Positions 39,644 to 48,515 of a stretch of DNA of 64,000 bases are shown here, one piece after another. Under the pieces are notes generated by a model that was not told where the DNA came from, made no database searches, and worked only from the letters and a program-made list of their open reading frames with translations. Made by a program: the position numbers and the translations under genes. The DNA comes from an uncultured Nitrososphaerota archaeon (GTDB lineage Archaea > Asgardarchaeota > Njordarchaeia > Njordarchaeales > Njordarchaeaceae): contig CAZFGR010000001.1 of NCBI GenBank assembly GCA_964518475.1, positions 1 through 64,000 of the forward strand. Direction: 5' to 3'. Every line of letters begins with the position of its first letter. Position 1 is the stretch's first letter.

Positions 39644-41008
39644 TTGGATGATCTTTCTTTCCTAGGTGTTATTATGAAAGCTCCCAAGATTATTGTTCCC
39701 CCTCCCGGTCCTAAAGCTAGAGAAATTATTGAGAAGGGGGAAAAATACTTAGTCACCACTACTAGAGAACCCTATTTAGTAATTGCTAGGATGGAAAATG
39801 ATCTAATTGAGGATGTTGACGGAAATGTCTATATCGATTTCGCAGCTGGTATCGCTGTAGCTAACGCTGGTCACAGAAATAAAGCGGTAGTAGAGGCTAT
39901 TAAGGCTCAGTTAGAGAAATACATCCACTCAGCCCCTCATGATTTTTATGATGATCTCCAGTACAAGGTTGCAGAGAAATTAGCAGAAATAACTCCTGGA
40001 AATTTTGATAAGAAGGTATTCTTTGGTAACAGTGGAACAGAGGCTGTTGAGGCTGCGATAAAAATCGCTAAAGTAGCCACGGGAAGAAAAAGATTTATAG
40101 CATTTATTGGGGCCTTCCACGGAAGAACACATGGTAGCTTATCACTTACCGCTAGTAAACCGGTTCACCAAAGAGGACTATTCCCAACAATGCCCGGAGT
40201 CGAACACGTTCCCTACGCCTATTGTTACCGATGCCCATATAGGTTAAACCCCGACGACTGTGACCTCTGGTGTGCCAAGTTTATAGATGAAGTGCTCTTC
40301 CAGACATATGTACCGCCTGACGAAGTTGCGGCTATTTTTGTGGAGCCTATTCAGGGAGAAGGCGGATATATTGTTCCACGCGATGGTTTTATCCAGGAAT
40401 TAAGAAAAATCGCGGACAAGTATGGAATCTTATTAGTTGCGGACGAAGTTCAATCCGGTTTTGGCCGCTCTGGTAAAATGTTCGCCGTAGAGCACTTTAA
40501 TACAATACCCGATATCATCACAACAGCTAAATCTATAGCGAATGGCGTACCCCTCGGAGCCACTATCATTAGAGCAGATCTTGATTTCAAAGAACCAGGC
40601 ACTCATAGCTCAACGTTCGGCGGTAATGCTCTCGCGCTAGCAGCAGCTTTAGCCAACATCGATTTCATAATAAAGGAGAAATTACCAGAAAGAGCTGCTA
40701 GATTAGGAGAGATTGCTCTTAAGAGGCTAAAGGAGGCCATGGATGAAATCGAGATCATAGGAGATGTGCGTGGAAAAGGCTTAATGATAGGTGTGGAGAT
40801 TGTCAAGAAGAAAGAAACTAAAGAACCCTATCCTGAGGGTCGTAACAAGATAGCAGAAATAGCCCTAAGAAAAGGTCTAGTCCTATTACCTGCGGGTAGA
40901 ACCGCTATAAGAGTAGCACCACCACTCACAATCACCGAAGAACACTTAGAAACAGGCCTAGAAATCCTTATAGAATCAATAAAAGAAGTATCAAAAGAAA
41001 CCTCCTAA
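39644..41008 (+). CDS. Class III PLP aminotransferase (GABA/ornithine type)
   Basis: NSGTEAVE, FHGRT, EPIQGEGG, DEVQSGFGRSG, TAKS, STFGGN. Confidence 0.9.
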   Translation: MDDLSFLGVIMKAPKIIVPPPGPKAREIIEKGEKYLVTTTREPYLVIARMENDLIEDVDGNVYIDFAAGIAVANAGHRNKAVVEAIKAQLEKYIHSAPHDFYDDLQYKVAEKLAEITPGNFDKKVFFGNSGTEAVEAAIKIAKVATGRKRFIAFIGAFHGRTHGSLSLTASKPVHQRGLFPTMPGVEHVPYAYCYRCPYRLNPDDCDLWCAKFIDEVLFQTYVPPDEVAAIFVEPIQGEGGYIVPRDGFIQELRKIADKYGILLVADEVQSGFGRSGKMFAVEHFNTIPDIITTAKSIANGVPLGATIIRADLDFKEPGTHSSTFGGNALALAAALANIDFIIKEKLPERAARLGEIALKRLKEAMDEIEIIGDVRGKGLMIGVEIVKKKETKEPYPEGRNKIAEIALRKGLVLLPAGRTAIRVAPPLTITEEHLETGLEILIESIKEVSKETS

Positions 41009-41028
41009 ACACCTTTTTCTTTAACTAT

Positions 41029-41056
41029 TTTATGTCTTCCTCTTTATGTCTTCCTC
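41029..41056 (+). repeat. 14-bp tandem duplication in a convergent intergenic region
   Basis: TTTATGTCTTCCTC x2. Confidence 0.6.
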
Positions 41057-41138
41057 CACCCTAAGTTTTCTCAGCACTGAGATTAGGAGAAATAAATATT
41101 AAGAATTGAAACATTATGAGATAACTAGTATCTGCTCT

Positions 41139-41897
41139 TCATGCGGTATATTTAAGAATTTGAAGGAGCATTAATGATATATTCCTCTCTCTCGCCAAGC
41201 TATCTAATTTCTCATTAGAAACCTGCTTGATATCCTTCTCTAGCTTATCTATTAATTCTTTCTGAGAAGCATATTCGACTAGCTTTTTATGCAATTCCTT
41301 GAACCCCACTCCTAATTCATAGAATATTGTAATCGTAATTAGGCTTAGAACTATTTGCATGCCGAGCAATAATCCAAGGATAGAGTTAGATACAACGAGA
41401 CTAATAATGTTTAGGACTAATTCTACTGCTACGAGAATTACTAAGAGATTCCCAGCCAGAATAATTCTATCAATTTTGTTTTCCAAACCGAGTTTCCTTA
41501 AGCCAAATCCAATAAAAATGAAGCCTGAGCCGATTAACACACTAATAACAGTTCCTGAATAATTTATTATGGATTCCGTAACATAAGGGATTCCCATTCC
41601 TAGACTAGAGTAGCCGACATAAGCGATTAGGACGATAGATGCTAGAATACCAGTCCCAATTAGCTTAAAGCCATCGCTGATCTCTCCAATTTTAGCAATC
41701 TTGTTAATAAAGTAGAGCCCGTTGAAAAAAGCAATATAGTACATAACCAGTAGAATTAGTCCCGTTCCAGTAGCTAATCGATAAATGCCGGGTAGAGGCA
41801 GAAAAATCAAGACTATAAAGCCCAGTATAGCTAATTTAACTAAAGCATCACCAAACTTAAATATCTTCTCCAGAATTGAATCAATCGTTTCCTTCAT
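41139..41897 (-). CDS. Polytopic membrane protein
   Basis: About six hydrophobic helices and a charged C-terminus. Confidence 0.7.
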   Translation of the reverse strand: MKETIDSILEKIFKFGDALVKLAILGFIVLIFLPLPGIYRLATGTGLILLVMYYIAFFNGLYFINKIAKIGEISDGFKLIGTGILASIVLIAYVGYSSLGMGIPYVTESIINYSGTVISVLIGSGFIFIGFGLRKLGLENKIDRIILAGNLLVILVAVELVLNIISLVVSNSILGLLLGMQIVLSLITITIFYELGVGFKELHKKLVEYASQKELIDKLEKDIKQVSNEKLDSLARERNISLMLLQILKYTA

Positions 41898-42149
41898 TGA
41901 AACACCTTAGAAACTATAATTGTTAATTGGTTAAAAAAGAACAAACTTCATAGTACTATCAAAAAAAAACGTATAAAAATAATACATACGATTAATTCGG
42001 TTTTAAGATAATAGTGTTAAATATTGTATTAGAGGTCTAGCTAATGTTTCGTAACAATATTTTACAGAAGCAATTTCTAAGAGCTTTACATGAAAATACA
42101 GAAACAAATTAATGAGAAACAAAAGGTATGTGAAAATTTATCAGAGAGT

Positions 42150-45100
42150 TTATATTGCATCTTCTATGTTGAGCCGTACTCTTATAGCTAGACTCATAAG
42201 CTCGTTAACTAATAGTACGAAAGCGTACGGCATCTTTAATTTGTATACTTCGCCTCCATCGTCACAGAGTCTGCACTCCCACTTCTTCTTGTTCGGATTA
42301 TAGTATGCGAAGGAACCACACTTTCTGCAGACATAGACATCGATTCCATCAGAGCTTTCAACGAATCTTTCCTGTAGGAATCTAGCTACTCCATGGCCAA
42401 GTAATGCGTCTCGTTCCATCTCTCCCAATCGTAATCCGCCGCCACGTGCTTTTCCCTCTGTTGGTTGCATCGTCATCAGAGTAACCTTTCCCTGAGCTCT
42501 TGCGTGTATTTTATCTCTCGCTAGATGCTTTAATCTCTGGTAATACACAGGTCCCATGAGGACATGAGTCTTAAGCATTTTACCGGTTTTTCCATCAAAG
42601 AGAGTCTTCTCACCATAATAGTTTAGTCCTAATTTCTTAGCTTCTCTAACTAATTGTTCAAGCCAATTATCGCTCTCGAAAGCAGTACCATCATAAACCT
42701 TACCAGTCTTCGCAGCAATATCGCCAGCTAAACTTTCAAGTAACTGCCCAATCGTCATTCTGGAAGGAATCGAGTGGGGGTTTATAATAATGTCTGGTGT
42801 CATTCCATACTCGTCAAACGGCATATCTTCTTGCGGTACTATAAGTCCTATTACTCCCTTCTGACCATGCCTACTTGCGAATTTATCTCCTAGCTCTGGT
42901 TGTCTTGGTTGTCTTAATTTAACCCTCACGAATGCTGTTCCTTCTCTAGTCACTGTTAGATATACAGTATCAACAGCTCCCGCTTCTCCCTTTCTCACTT
43001 TTTCGCTAGTATCTCTAAGCATTCTTATTCCTCCACCGATGCTAACTCCAGGGACGCCGACGTCTGCAGGACTCACACGACCTACAATTACCTCATCCTC
43101 AGCGATATCAACCCCTGGCCATGCAATACCATCCTCTGCTATCTTCTCAAGTACTCTATGCGCTGATCCTGGTGCTTCTAGAGGAATCTTTATTTCATCC
43201 GTCATGCTGGCAATGTATCGTCTCTCTTCAACTTCGTATATTCGATAGAGATATCCTCTCATAAAGCCCCTTTCTATGGATGCTTTGTTTATAATGATGG
43301 CGTCTTCTATGTTGTATCCTTCGTAAGCAAGTACGGCGACGATAGCGTTTTGACCAAACCCTCTCTTATCTGCTCCTACTATTTCAACCGTTTTCGTCGT
43401 GACTAGGGGTCTCTGAGGATACTGTAGGATATACGTTGATGTTTCAGGCTTTAATCGATAGTTTGGTCTCGGAATGCTCATTGCTTGTTTAGCCATTGAT
43501 GTCTCATGAGTTACTTTAGGAGATTGGTCATGATTTGCGAATGGTATGATTCCAGCATTTACCCCTAACAATGCTGCTGGGGCTATTTCCAAATGTGTAT
43601 GGTCTGGGGTAAGATCTTTCTCCCATACAGCGATATAGGCGTCTTCTTCCTCCTCTGCGTCTAACATTTCTATGATACCGTTTCTTAGTAGATCAGAGAA
43701 TGTCCATTCTCCTCTCTTTAGCTTTTCTACATGCTCTGGTCTAAGCATTGGTTTTCCTTCACGAACAATTATCAGAGGTCTTAGAATTCGTCCTCCATCA
43801 GTATTAATATGGACTTCGCCATATTTCTCCCAGTACTTTATGGAGATTTGCCAGTGAATTCTTCCGCTCCTTCTTAACTCCCTAAAGTCTCTTACTAACT
43901 TCTCGGGATCGGGATGAACACCTACGTACTCACCATCCACAAATATTGGCGTGTTTGGATAATATGTCCAACCCACATGTACGGGCTCGCGCTTGACTCC
44001 AAGGCTTGGCAATATATCATTGATTAATTTGTCTCGCTCTTCAGAAGGCAGTGGAGTGGTTACATAAGCCATTAGAGCAAGATGCTTTGTTAGTCCACAA
44101 AGTTCTCCTTCCGGGGTTTCGTTAGGACACATCCTGCCCCACTGAGTAGGGTGAAGGTCTCGCGCCTCTACTTTTCCTCTCTTAGCCTCAGCTGCTGTTC
44201 TTGTTAAGATATTCTTAACCCGTCTTAGATGGCTTAAATTGTCTAAATAGTTTAATCTGCCAAGAATCTCTGTCACACCTGTAACTCCTGTTGGCCACAT
44301 ACCTGTAGCTAAAGCTCTCATCATTATATCGTATAGCTTATCGGTTCGTAGAATACTTCTAATGGACTTTATCTCTTTGTACGTAGATACAACATTTACA
44401 ACTTTTCTACGAGTTTCCTCTATAAAGTTCCGCCAAGCAAATGCAAATAACTCCTCCAAAAAGTCGCCAACCATCTTTAATCGCTTATTCTTGTAATGGT
44501 CACGATCATCAGGAGTTATCTTGTTGAAATAAACGAGAACGACTCTTCTAACCATTCTTGCTAAGTAGTAACCCTTTAAGGGCCATGATTTCTCATCGGT
44601 TCCAATGTGGGGCATGAAATATAGGTTAAGTCTTCTTTTGACCTCTGCAATTATTCTTTCCCTGTTTCTTGGTGTAAGCGGTATTCTGAGGTCCGTTATG
44701 TACTTTGCAAGTTCTAGGAGAGCATTTTCCTGAGAAATCAAGACTTCGGGCTTTAAGCCCTCCATATTAAGTTGTAAAACCATAGTTATAAGCTCGCCCC
44801 AAGGGCTTTTACCCTCTATTTCATCGGGGGCAGCTAATAGTGAGAAATCACGAAGCGTGAATCCCAAAGCTCTAACAAGAACTAGTAATGGTATAGGCTC
44901 TTTATCACCCGCTTTAGTGAACTGTACATAAAGCTTCAAGTCCTGGCGTCCCATGTAGATAGTTACTCTGTTTCTGTATGTTCCGGGAGAGACAAGCCAA
45001 GCCATGACAGCATATTTCTTAGCCTCTGTAGAGACTCCCGAGATTTTTTCTGTAAGAATTCTCCCTCTAACCCCTTCTTCACGTGGTACAACGACTCGCT

Positions 45101-45671
45101 CGGATCCGTTAATGATTAGGTATCCTCCAGGATCCATTTCGTCTTCTCCAAGCATGATTAGCATATTCTTGTCTTTTTTGGCGTAAATGCTGAGATAGGG
45201 GTCATATTTAGAACCAACAACTAGGGGCATTATCAGTAGTCTAACACGTTCCCTCTTCACAACCTCGTCTGCTCTTCTATCTCCTTCATACCTAACTCTC
45301 TTTAAAGATACCCAGACATAAACTGGTATTCCATAAGTGACTCTTCTAATTCTACACTCTAATGGAGTTATATCGGGTAGAGGAGAACCGTCAAAATCAA
45401 AAATAAAGCTACGTGGTTCAATCTCAACCCTAACTCTCTCTTTATCATCGTCGTTCATCTTAACTCTGAAGTCAAAGTAAAATCCAACCTCTGCATCAAT
45501 TATTGGGTGTGCTTCGATGACTCGCCTTATTCTCTCTTCTAGAAAGTTATCATAGCTTCGTATGTGATGCGATGCGATCCCAAATTCCTCTATCATCTTC
45601 TGGATAACTAACCATCGGCTGTCCTTGGATAGTGTTACTTCTCTAGCATTACTTCCAGCGGAAGAGTTCAT
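42150..45671 (-). CDS. rpo2: DNA-directed RNA polymerase subunit B (Rpo2), unsplit
   Basis: GGYLIINGSERV, HPTQWGRMCPNETPEG, GYNIED, GDKFASRHGQKG, GGLRLGEMERD, C-terminal Zn finger. Confidence 0.97.
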   Translation of the reverse strand: MNSSAGSNAREVTLSKDSRWLVIQKMIEEFGIASHHIRSYDNFLEERIRRVIEAHPIIDAEVGFYFDFRVKMNDDDKERVRVEIEPRSFIFDFDGSPLPDITPLECRIRRVTYGIPVYVWVSLKRVRYEGDRRADEVVKRERVRLLIMPLVVGSKYDPYLSIYAKKDKNMLIMLGEDEMDPGGYLIINGSERVVVPREEGVRGRILTEKISGVSTEAKKYAVMAWLVSPGTYRNRVTIYMGRQDLKLYVQFTKAGDKEPIPLLVLVRALGFTLRDFSLLAAPDEIEGKSPWGELITMVLQLNMEGLKPEVLISQENALLELAKYITDLRIPLTPRNRERIIAEVKRRLNLYFMPHIGTDEKSWPLKGYYLARMVRRVVLVYFNKITPDDRDHYKNKRLKMVGDFLEELFAFAWRNFIEETRRKVVNVVSTYKEIKSIRSILRTDKLYDIMMRALATGMWPTGVTGVTEILGRLNYLDNLSHLRRVKNILTRTAAEAKRGKVEARDLHPTQWGRMCPNETPEGELCGLTKHLALMAYVTTPLPSEERDKLINDILPSLGVKREPVHVGWTYYPNTPIFVDGEYVGVHPDPEKLVRDFRELRRSGRIHWQISIKYWEKYGEVHINTDGGRILRPLIIVREGKPMLRPEHVEKLKRGEWTFSDLLRNGIIEMLDAEEEEDAYIAVWEKDLTPDHTHLEIAPAALLGVNAGIIPFANHDQSPKVTHETSMAKQAMSIPRPNYRLKPETSTYILQYPQRPLVTTKTVEIVGADKRGFGQNAIVAVLAYEGYNIEDAIIINKASIERGFMRGYLYRIYEVEERRYIASMTDEIKIPLEAPGSAHRVLEKIAEDGIAWPGVDIAEDEVIVGRVSPADVGVPGVSIGGGIRMLRDTSEKVRKGEAGAVDTVYLTVTREGTAFVRVKLRQPRQPELGDKFASRHGQKGVIGLIVPQEDMPFDEYGMTPDIIINPHSIPSRMTIGQLLESLAGDIAAKTGKVYDGTAFESDNWLEQLVREAKKLGLNYYGEKTLFDGKTGKMLKTHVLMGPVYYQRLKHLARDKIHARAQGKVTLMTMQPTEGKARGGGLRLGEMERDALLGHGVARFLQERFVESSDGIDVYVCRKCGSFAYYNPNKKKWECRLCDDGGEVYKLKMPYAFVLLVNELMSLAIRVRLNIEDAI

Positions 45672-45812
45672 TCTGATGCACCAATTAGAAGGAAGTAACT
45701 ACATATATCTAAGAGGTATAAATATAAGTTAGGTGACGAGTAAAAGTATTTAAGGATTATTCTCCACAACCAAGAAATTAAAAACTATAGCTAAAGATAT
45801 TACTAACTACTA

Positions 45813-45886
45813 GGGCCCGTAGCGCAGTTGGAAAGCGCGGCGGCCTTCGGAGCCGTCGGTCGCGGGTTCGAGTCCCGCCGGGCCCG
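45813..45886 (+). tRNA. tRNA-Arg(TCG), CCA not encoded
   Basis: GGGCCCG/CGGGCCC acceptor, GCGGC-CTTCGGA-GCCGT anticodon arm, TTCGAGT T-loop. Confidence 0.93.
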
Positions 45887-45918
45887 CTATCCACCTTAAA
45901 GATTTTTCTATCGGATTT

Positions 45919-46668
45919 TTACTCTATGAGATCCTCAATAGCACTTGCAAAGTCTTGAAGAACCGCGAATGGATCTTTAGCTTTTACTACGGCAGAAGCC
46001 ACTAAAACTCCTTTCGCTCCTAATTCAATAGCTCTTCTAACATCTTCTCCAGTAGTTATTCCTGCACCACATAACGGTATGACCTTTCCCATACTCGCTT
46101 TCTCTATCCTCTTTACGCTCTCCACTACCGCCTCTGGTTTAGCTTTACTGACGCTTATTCCCGTACCTATGAGCTCGGGTGGTTCGAAGGCTAGAAAATG
46201 AGGCAATAATCTAGCTATTTTTTCGCTCATTTCTGGAGATGACGCACAAACGCAGGTGACAAGCCCCACTTCATGAGCCCTCTTTATGGCTTTTTCTATA
46301 TCTTCCAGAGAAAGAGGACGTTCTGAGTGATTAATCAGAGTACCATGAGCTCCAGCTAATTTTACAACTTCTGGAGGAGTATGCCCCGTTTTCGCTCCTA
46401 GAGGCACAGGATCAATATGTTGAGAAAAAATATAGACCCTTCGCACTACTTGTGCTACCCGATAAATATCTGCTATCTGAGGAGCTATACCGAAGGTTAT
46501 TTTGCTGAAGTCCTCAGCTACATCCTCAACAATTTCAGTTAACCTAACAGCATTCTCCCCAATCGCACTCTCATAAGCCTTGTAATTTACCAGTATTATT
46601 GGCGGAGAAATCTTTAATTTCATTTCTTCGTGAGAGATTTGAGATAGCATCTTCATGCACCAGAACAT
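45919..46668 (-). CDS. tpiA: Triosephosphate isomerase (archaeal type)
   Basis: VNYKAY, QHID, NHSE, EPPELIGTG, CGAGI, GVLVAS. Confidence 0.95.
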   Translation of the reverse strand: MFWCMKMLSQISHEEMKLKISPPIILVNYKAYESAIGENAVRLTEIVEDVAEDFSKITFGIAPQIADIYRVAQVVRRVYIFSQHIDPVPLGAKTGHTPPEVVKLAGAHGTLINHSERPLSLEDIEKAIKRAHEVGLVTCVCASSPEMSEKIARLLPHFLAFEPPELIGTGISVSKAKPEAVVESVKRIEKASMGKVIPLCGAGITTGEDVRRAIELGAKGVLVASAVVKAKDPFAVLQDFASAIEDLIE

Positions 46669-46725
46669 TCTATACTCTCGAAATATAGTGGTACATTATT
46701 CAATTAAAATAACAAGTATGAGGTG

Positions 46726-46938
46726 CTAGAAAATTATCCATGCAGAGATTACAAGCAAGATAAATAACAGAGAGATCGCGGTGACTGCCCTTGGTCCTAC
46801 CTTTATGCCCATTTCTTCCTCTTCATAGAATCTTAAAAGTCCAGCCCCCGTAGGAGGCGTTGTTAATCGCCTCGATTTTCTTCTAGCTCTTTTTTCTTCT
46901 AATTCTTCCTCTTCATACTCCCAATAATCCTCTGACAT
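46726..46938 (-). CDS. secG: Preprotein translocase subunit Sec61beta
   Basis: GAGLLRFYEEE..GIKVGP followed by one C-terminal TM helix. Confidence 0.88.
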   Translation of the reverse strand: MSEDYWEYEEEELEEKRARRKSRRLTTPPTGAGLLRFYEEEEMGIKVGPRAVTAISLLFILLVISAWIIF

Positions 46939-46959
46939 ATATCATACACTTCCTCTAAA

Positions 46960-47271
46960 TCATCCAAGCATATCAGCAGAACTTATTTGGAACGAGACAA
47001 TGTTGTATTCACGAAGAATATCCCCAACCTTCTTACCAGCAAAGTATATTGGTTCTCCTCCACCAGTCAATCCTATCCTTCCGCTTTTTATGCCTAATTT
47101 TTCAGCTGCTTCAAGCACTACTCGCTCCATTGAATCATTTATTGTCGTTCTGATCGCTATTGTTTTTCTCAGATTATCCGCCCTCTGGAAATATAGTGTA
47201 ACTATTTCGGGCAATTCTTCGTGTTCCTCAGTTTGCTTAAGCTCAGCGATTTTTTTATCACGCGATTCCAT
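46960..47271 (-). CDS. Second UFM1-like modifier, ending in a free single Gly (…DMLG)
   Basis: Paralogous to 23799-24089 (VTLYF/VELYF; DSMERVVLEAAEKLG/DPISVVVAKAAKLLE; KKVGDILREY..SFQI..DMLG/KTVKEIVEKY..SFAI..DLLG). Confidence 0.72.
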   Translation of the reverse strand: MESRDKKIAELKQTEEHEELPEIVTLYFQRADNLRKTIAIRTTINDSMERVVLEAAEKLGIKSGRIGLTGGGEPIYFAGKKVGDILREYNIVSFQISSADMLG

Positions 47272-47377
47272 TCATTTCACCGCATTAAACACTAAAATCA
47301 ACCTAATACTTCTCAAGTCATTTAGCTTACTAAAATCTATCTTAAAATGCACCTCACAGGGAAAGCCCAATCATCGA

Positions 47378-47779
47378 CTATTTCAATATCTCGTCGAGAT
47401 GCTTCTTAGCCTTCTTTTTCAATTTTTCATCTTTCATCAGATTAGATTCTCTAATCTCAGCAAATTCGTCCTTAAGAGAATCCATGCTCACTTTGAGATC
47501 ACTAAGAATCTGTGCGAAAGAATCTAGTTTACCAACTAATTTACTAATACTTATGGACAATTTCAAGATATGATCCTCAATTCTCTTCATCATATTAACT
47601 AATTCAGAAGTATTCTCATTAATCGTTGATAAAACCTCATTCCAAGCCTCCACTAATGATTTTAGAGATTCGGCGCTTGGTACTGGTCCCCGGGGCGTCT
47701 CTATAACATCTATAACTATAACCTTTTCCTTCTTCTCTGATTCGCCCTTACTCAATACTCTCACTCCCACAATACTCAC
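47378..47779 (-). CDS. Coiled-coil hypothetical protein
   Basis: Heptad-rich helical sequence; overlaps the 3' end of the E1 gene. Confidence 0.6.
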   Translation of the reverse strand: MSIVGVRVLSKGESEKKEKVIVIDVIETPRGPVPSAESLKSLVEAWNEVLSTINENTSELVNMMKRIEDHILKLSISISKLVGKLDSFAQILSDLKVSMDSLKDEFAEIRESNLMKDEKLKKKAKKHLDEILK

Positions 47780-48515
47780 AGTTTCTCCTTCTCTTTACCT
47801 TATCGTCACTTAATACTGTAATACTATTGTTACGCAAGCTAATTATTATCCTAGGAGCCACGTCATTATTATGTAATATCTTTAATCCTTGATCTACCTG
47901 AATAGCCGCTATAATACTTATGGTTGTGGGTAATGAGGCGTCACAAGATCCGGATTCCTCCTCCCCTCCCAGCTCCACCAGAGTTCCCTCTCCAAAATAA
48001 CACCCTAGACAAGGTGTCTTATATGGAATAACCGTTATAACACGCCCCCCTAGACCATCAGTACTTGTTCCTCCATCGATAAGAGGCTTCCGAAGTTTTA
48101 CAATCCAGTAATTAATCTCTAGCCTAGCCTCTACATTATCAAAGCATGTAAAAACAAGATCGCACTTCTTTAAAATCTCTGGAAGCTTCTCCCAACCTAT
48201 AACATCGACATAGTACGTTTCTATATCTGGTGCAAAATTGCCTAGAATCTTCGATATCTTCGCCAGTTTATTAGCTAACGCATTTACTTTCGGTTTACCA
48301 ATATCCTCTACCTCAAAACCTAGTCTATTGAAGTTCTCCGGCCCGACAATATCACGATCCACAAGAATTAGCTTCCCAATACCTAACCTGCCCAGCATCT
48401 CAGCAACCAAAACTCCTAAACCTCCAACTCCTAAAACACATGCGACTTTACTATGCACCAGCTCTGGATCCACTCCCGCCCTTTTTACTCTCTCCAGCAT
48501 GGGGGGTAGAGCCAC
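47748..48515 (-). CDS. Second UBA5-like E1 activating enzyme
   Basis: GVGGLGVLVAEMLGRLGIGKL, NFNRLGF, TCFDNVEAR, PCLGC, GSCDASLPTT, C-terminal CEYC. Confidence 0.85.
   Translation of the reverse strand: MALPPMLERVKRAGVDPELVHSKVACVLGVGGLGVLVAEMLGRLGIGKLILVDRDIVGPENFNRLGFEVEDIGKPKVNALANKLAKISKILGNFAPDIETYYVDVIGWEKLPEILKKCDLVFTCFDNVEARLEINYWIVKLRKPLIDGGTSTDGLGGRVITVIPYKTPCLGCYFGEGTLVELGGEEESGSCDASLPTTISIIAAIQVDQGLKILHNNDVAPRIIISLRNNSITVLSDDKVKRRRNCEYCGSESIE

Noticed and set aside
41029-41056. Tandem repeat as a CRISPR or mobile-element remnant
   Set aside because: Only two adjacent 14-bp copies, with no spacers, cas or transposase genes
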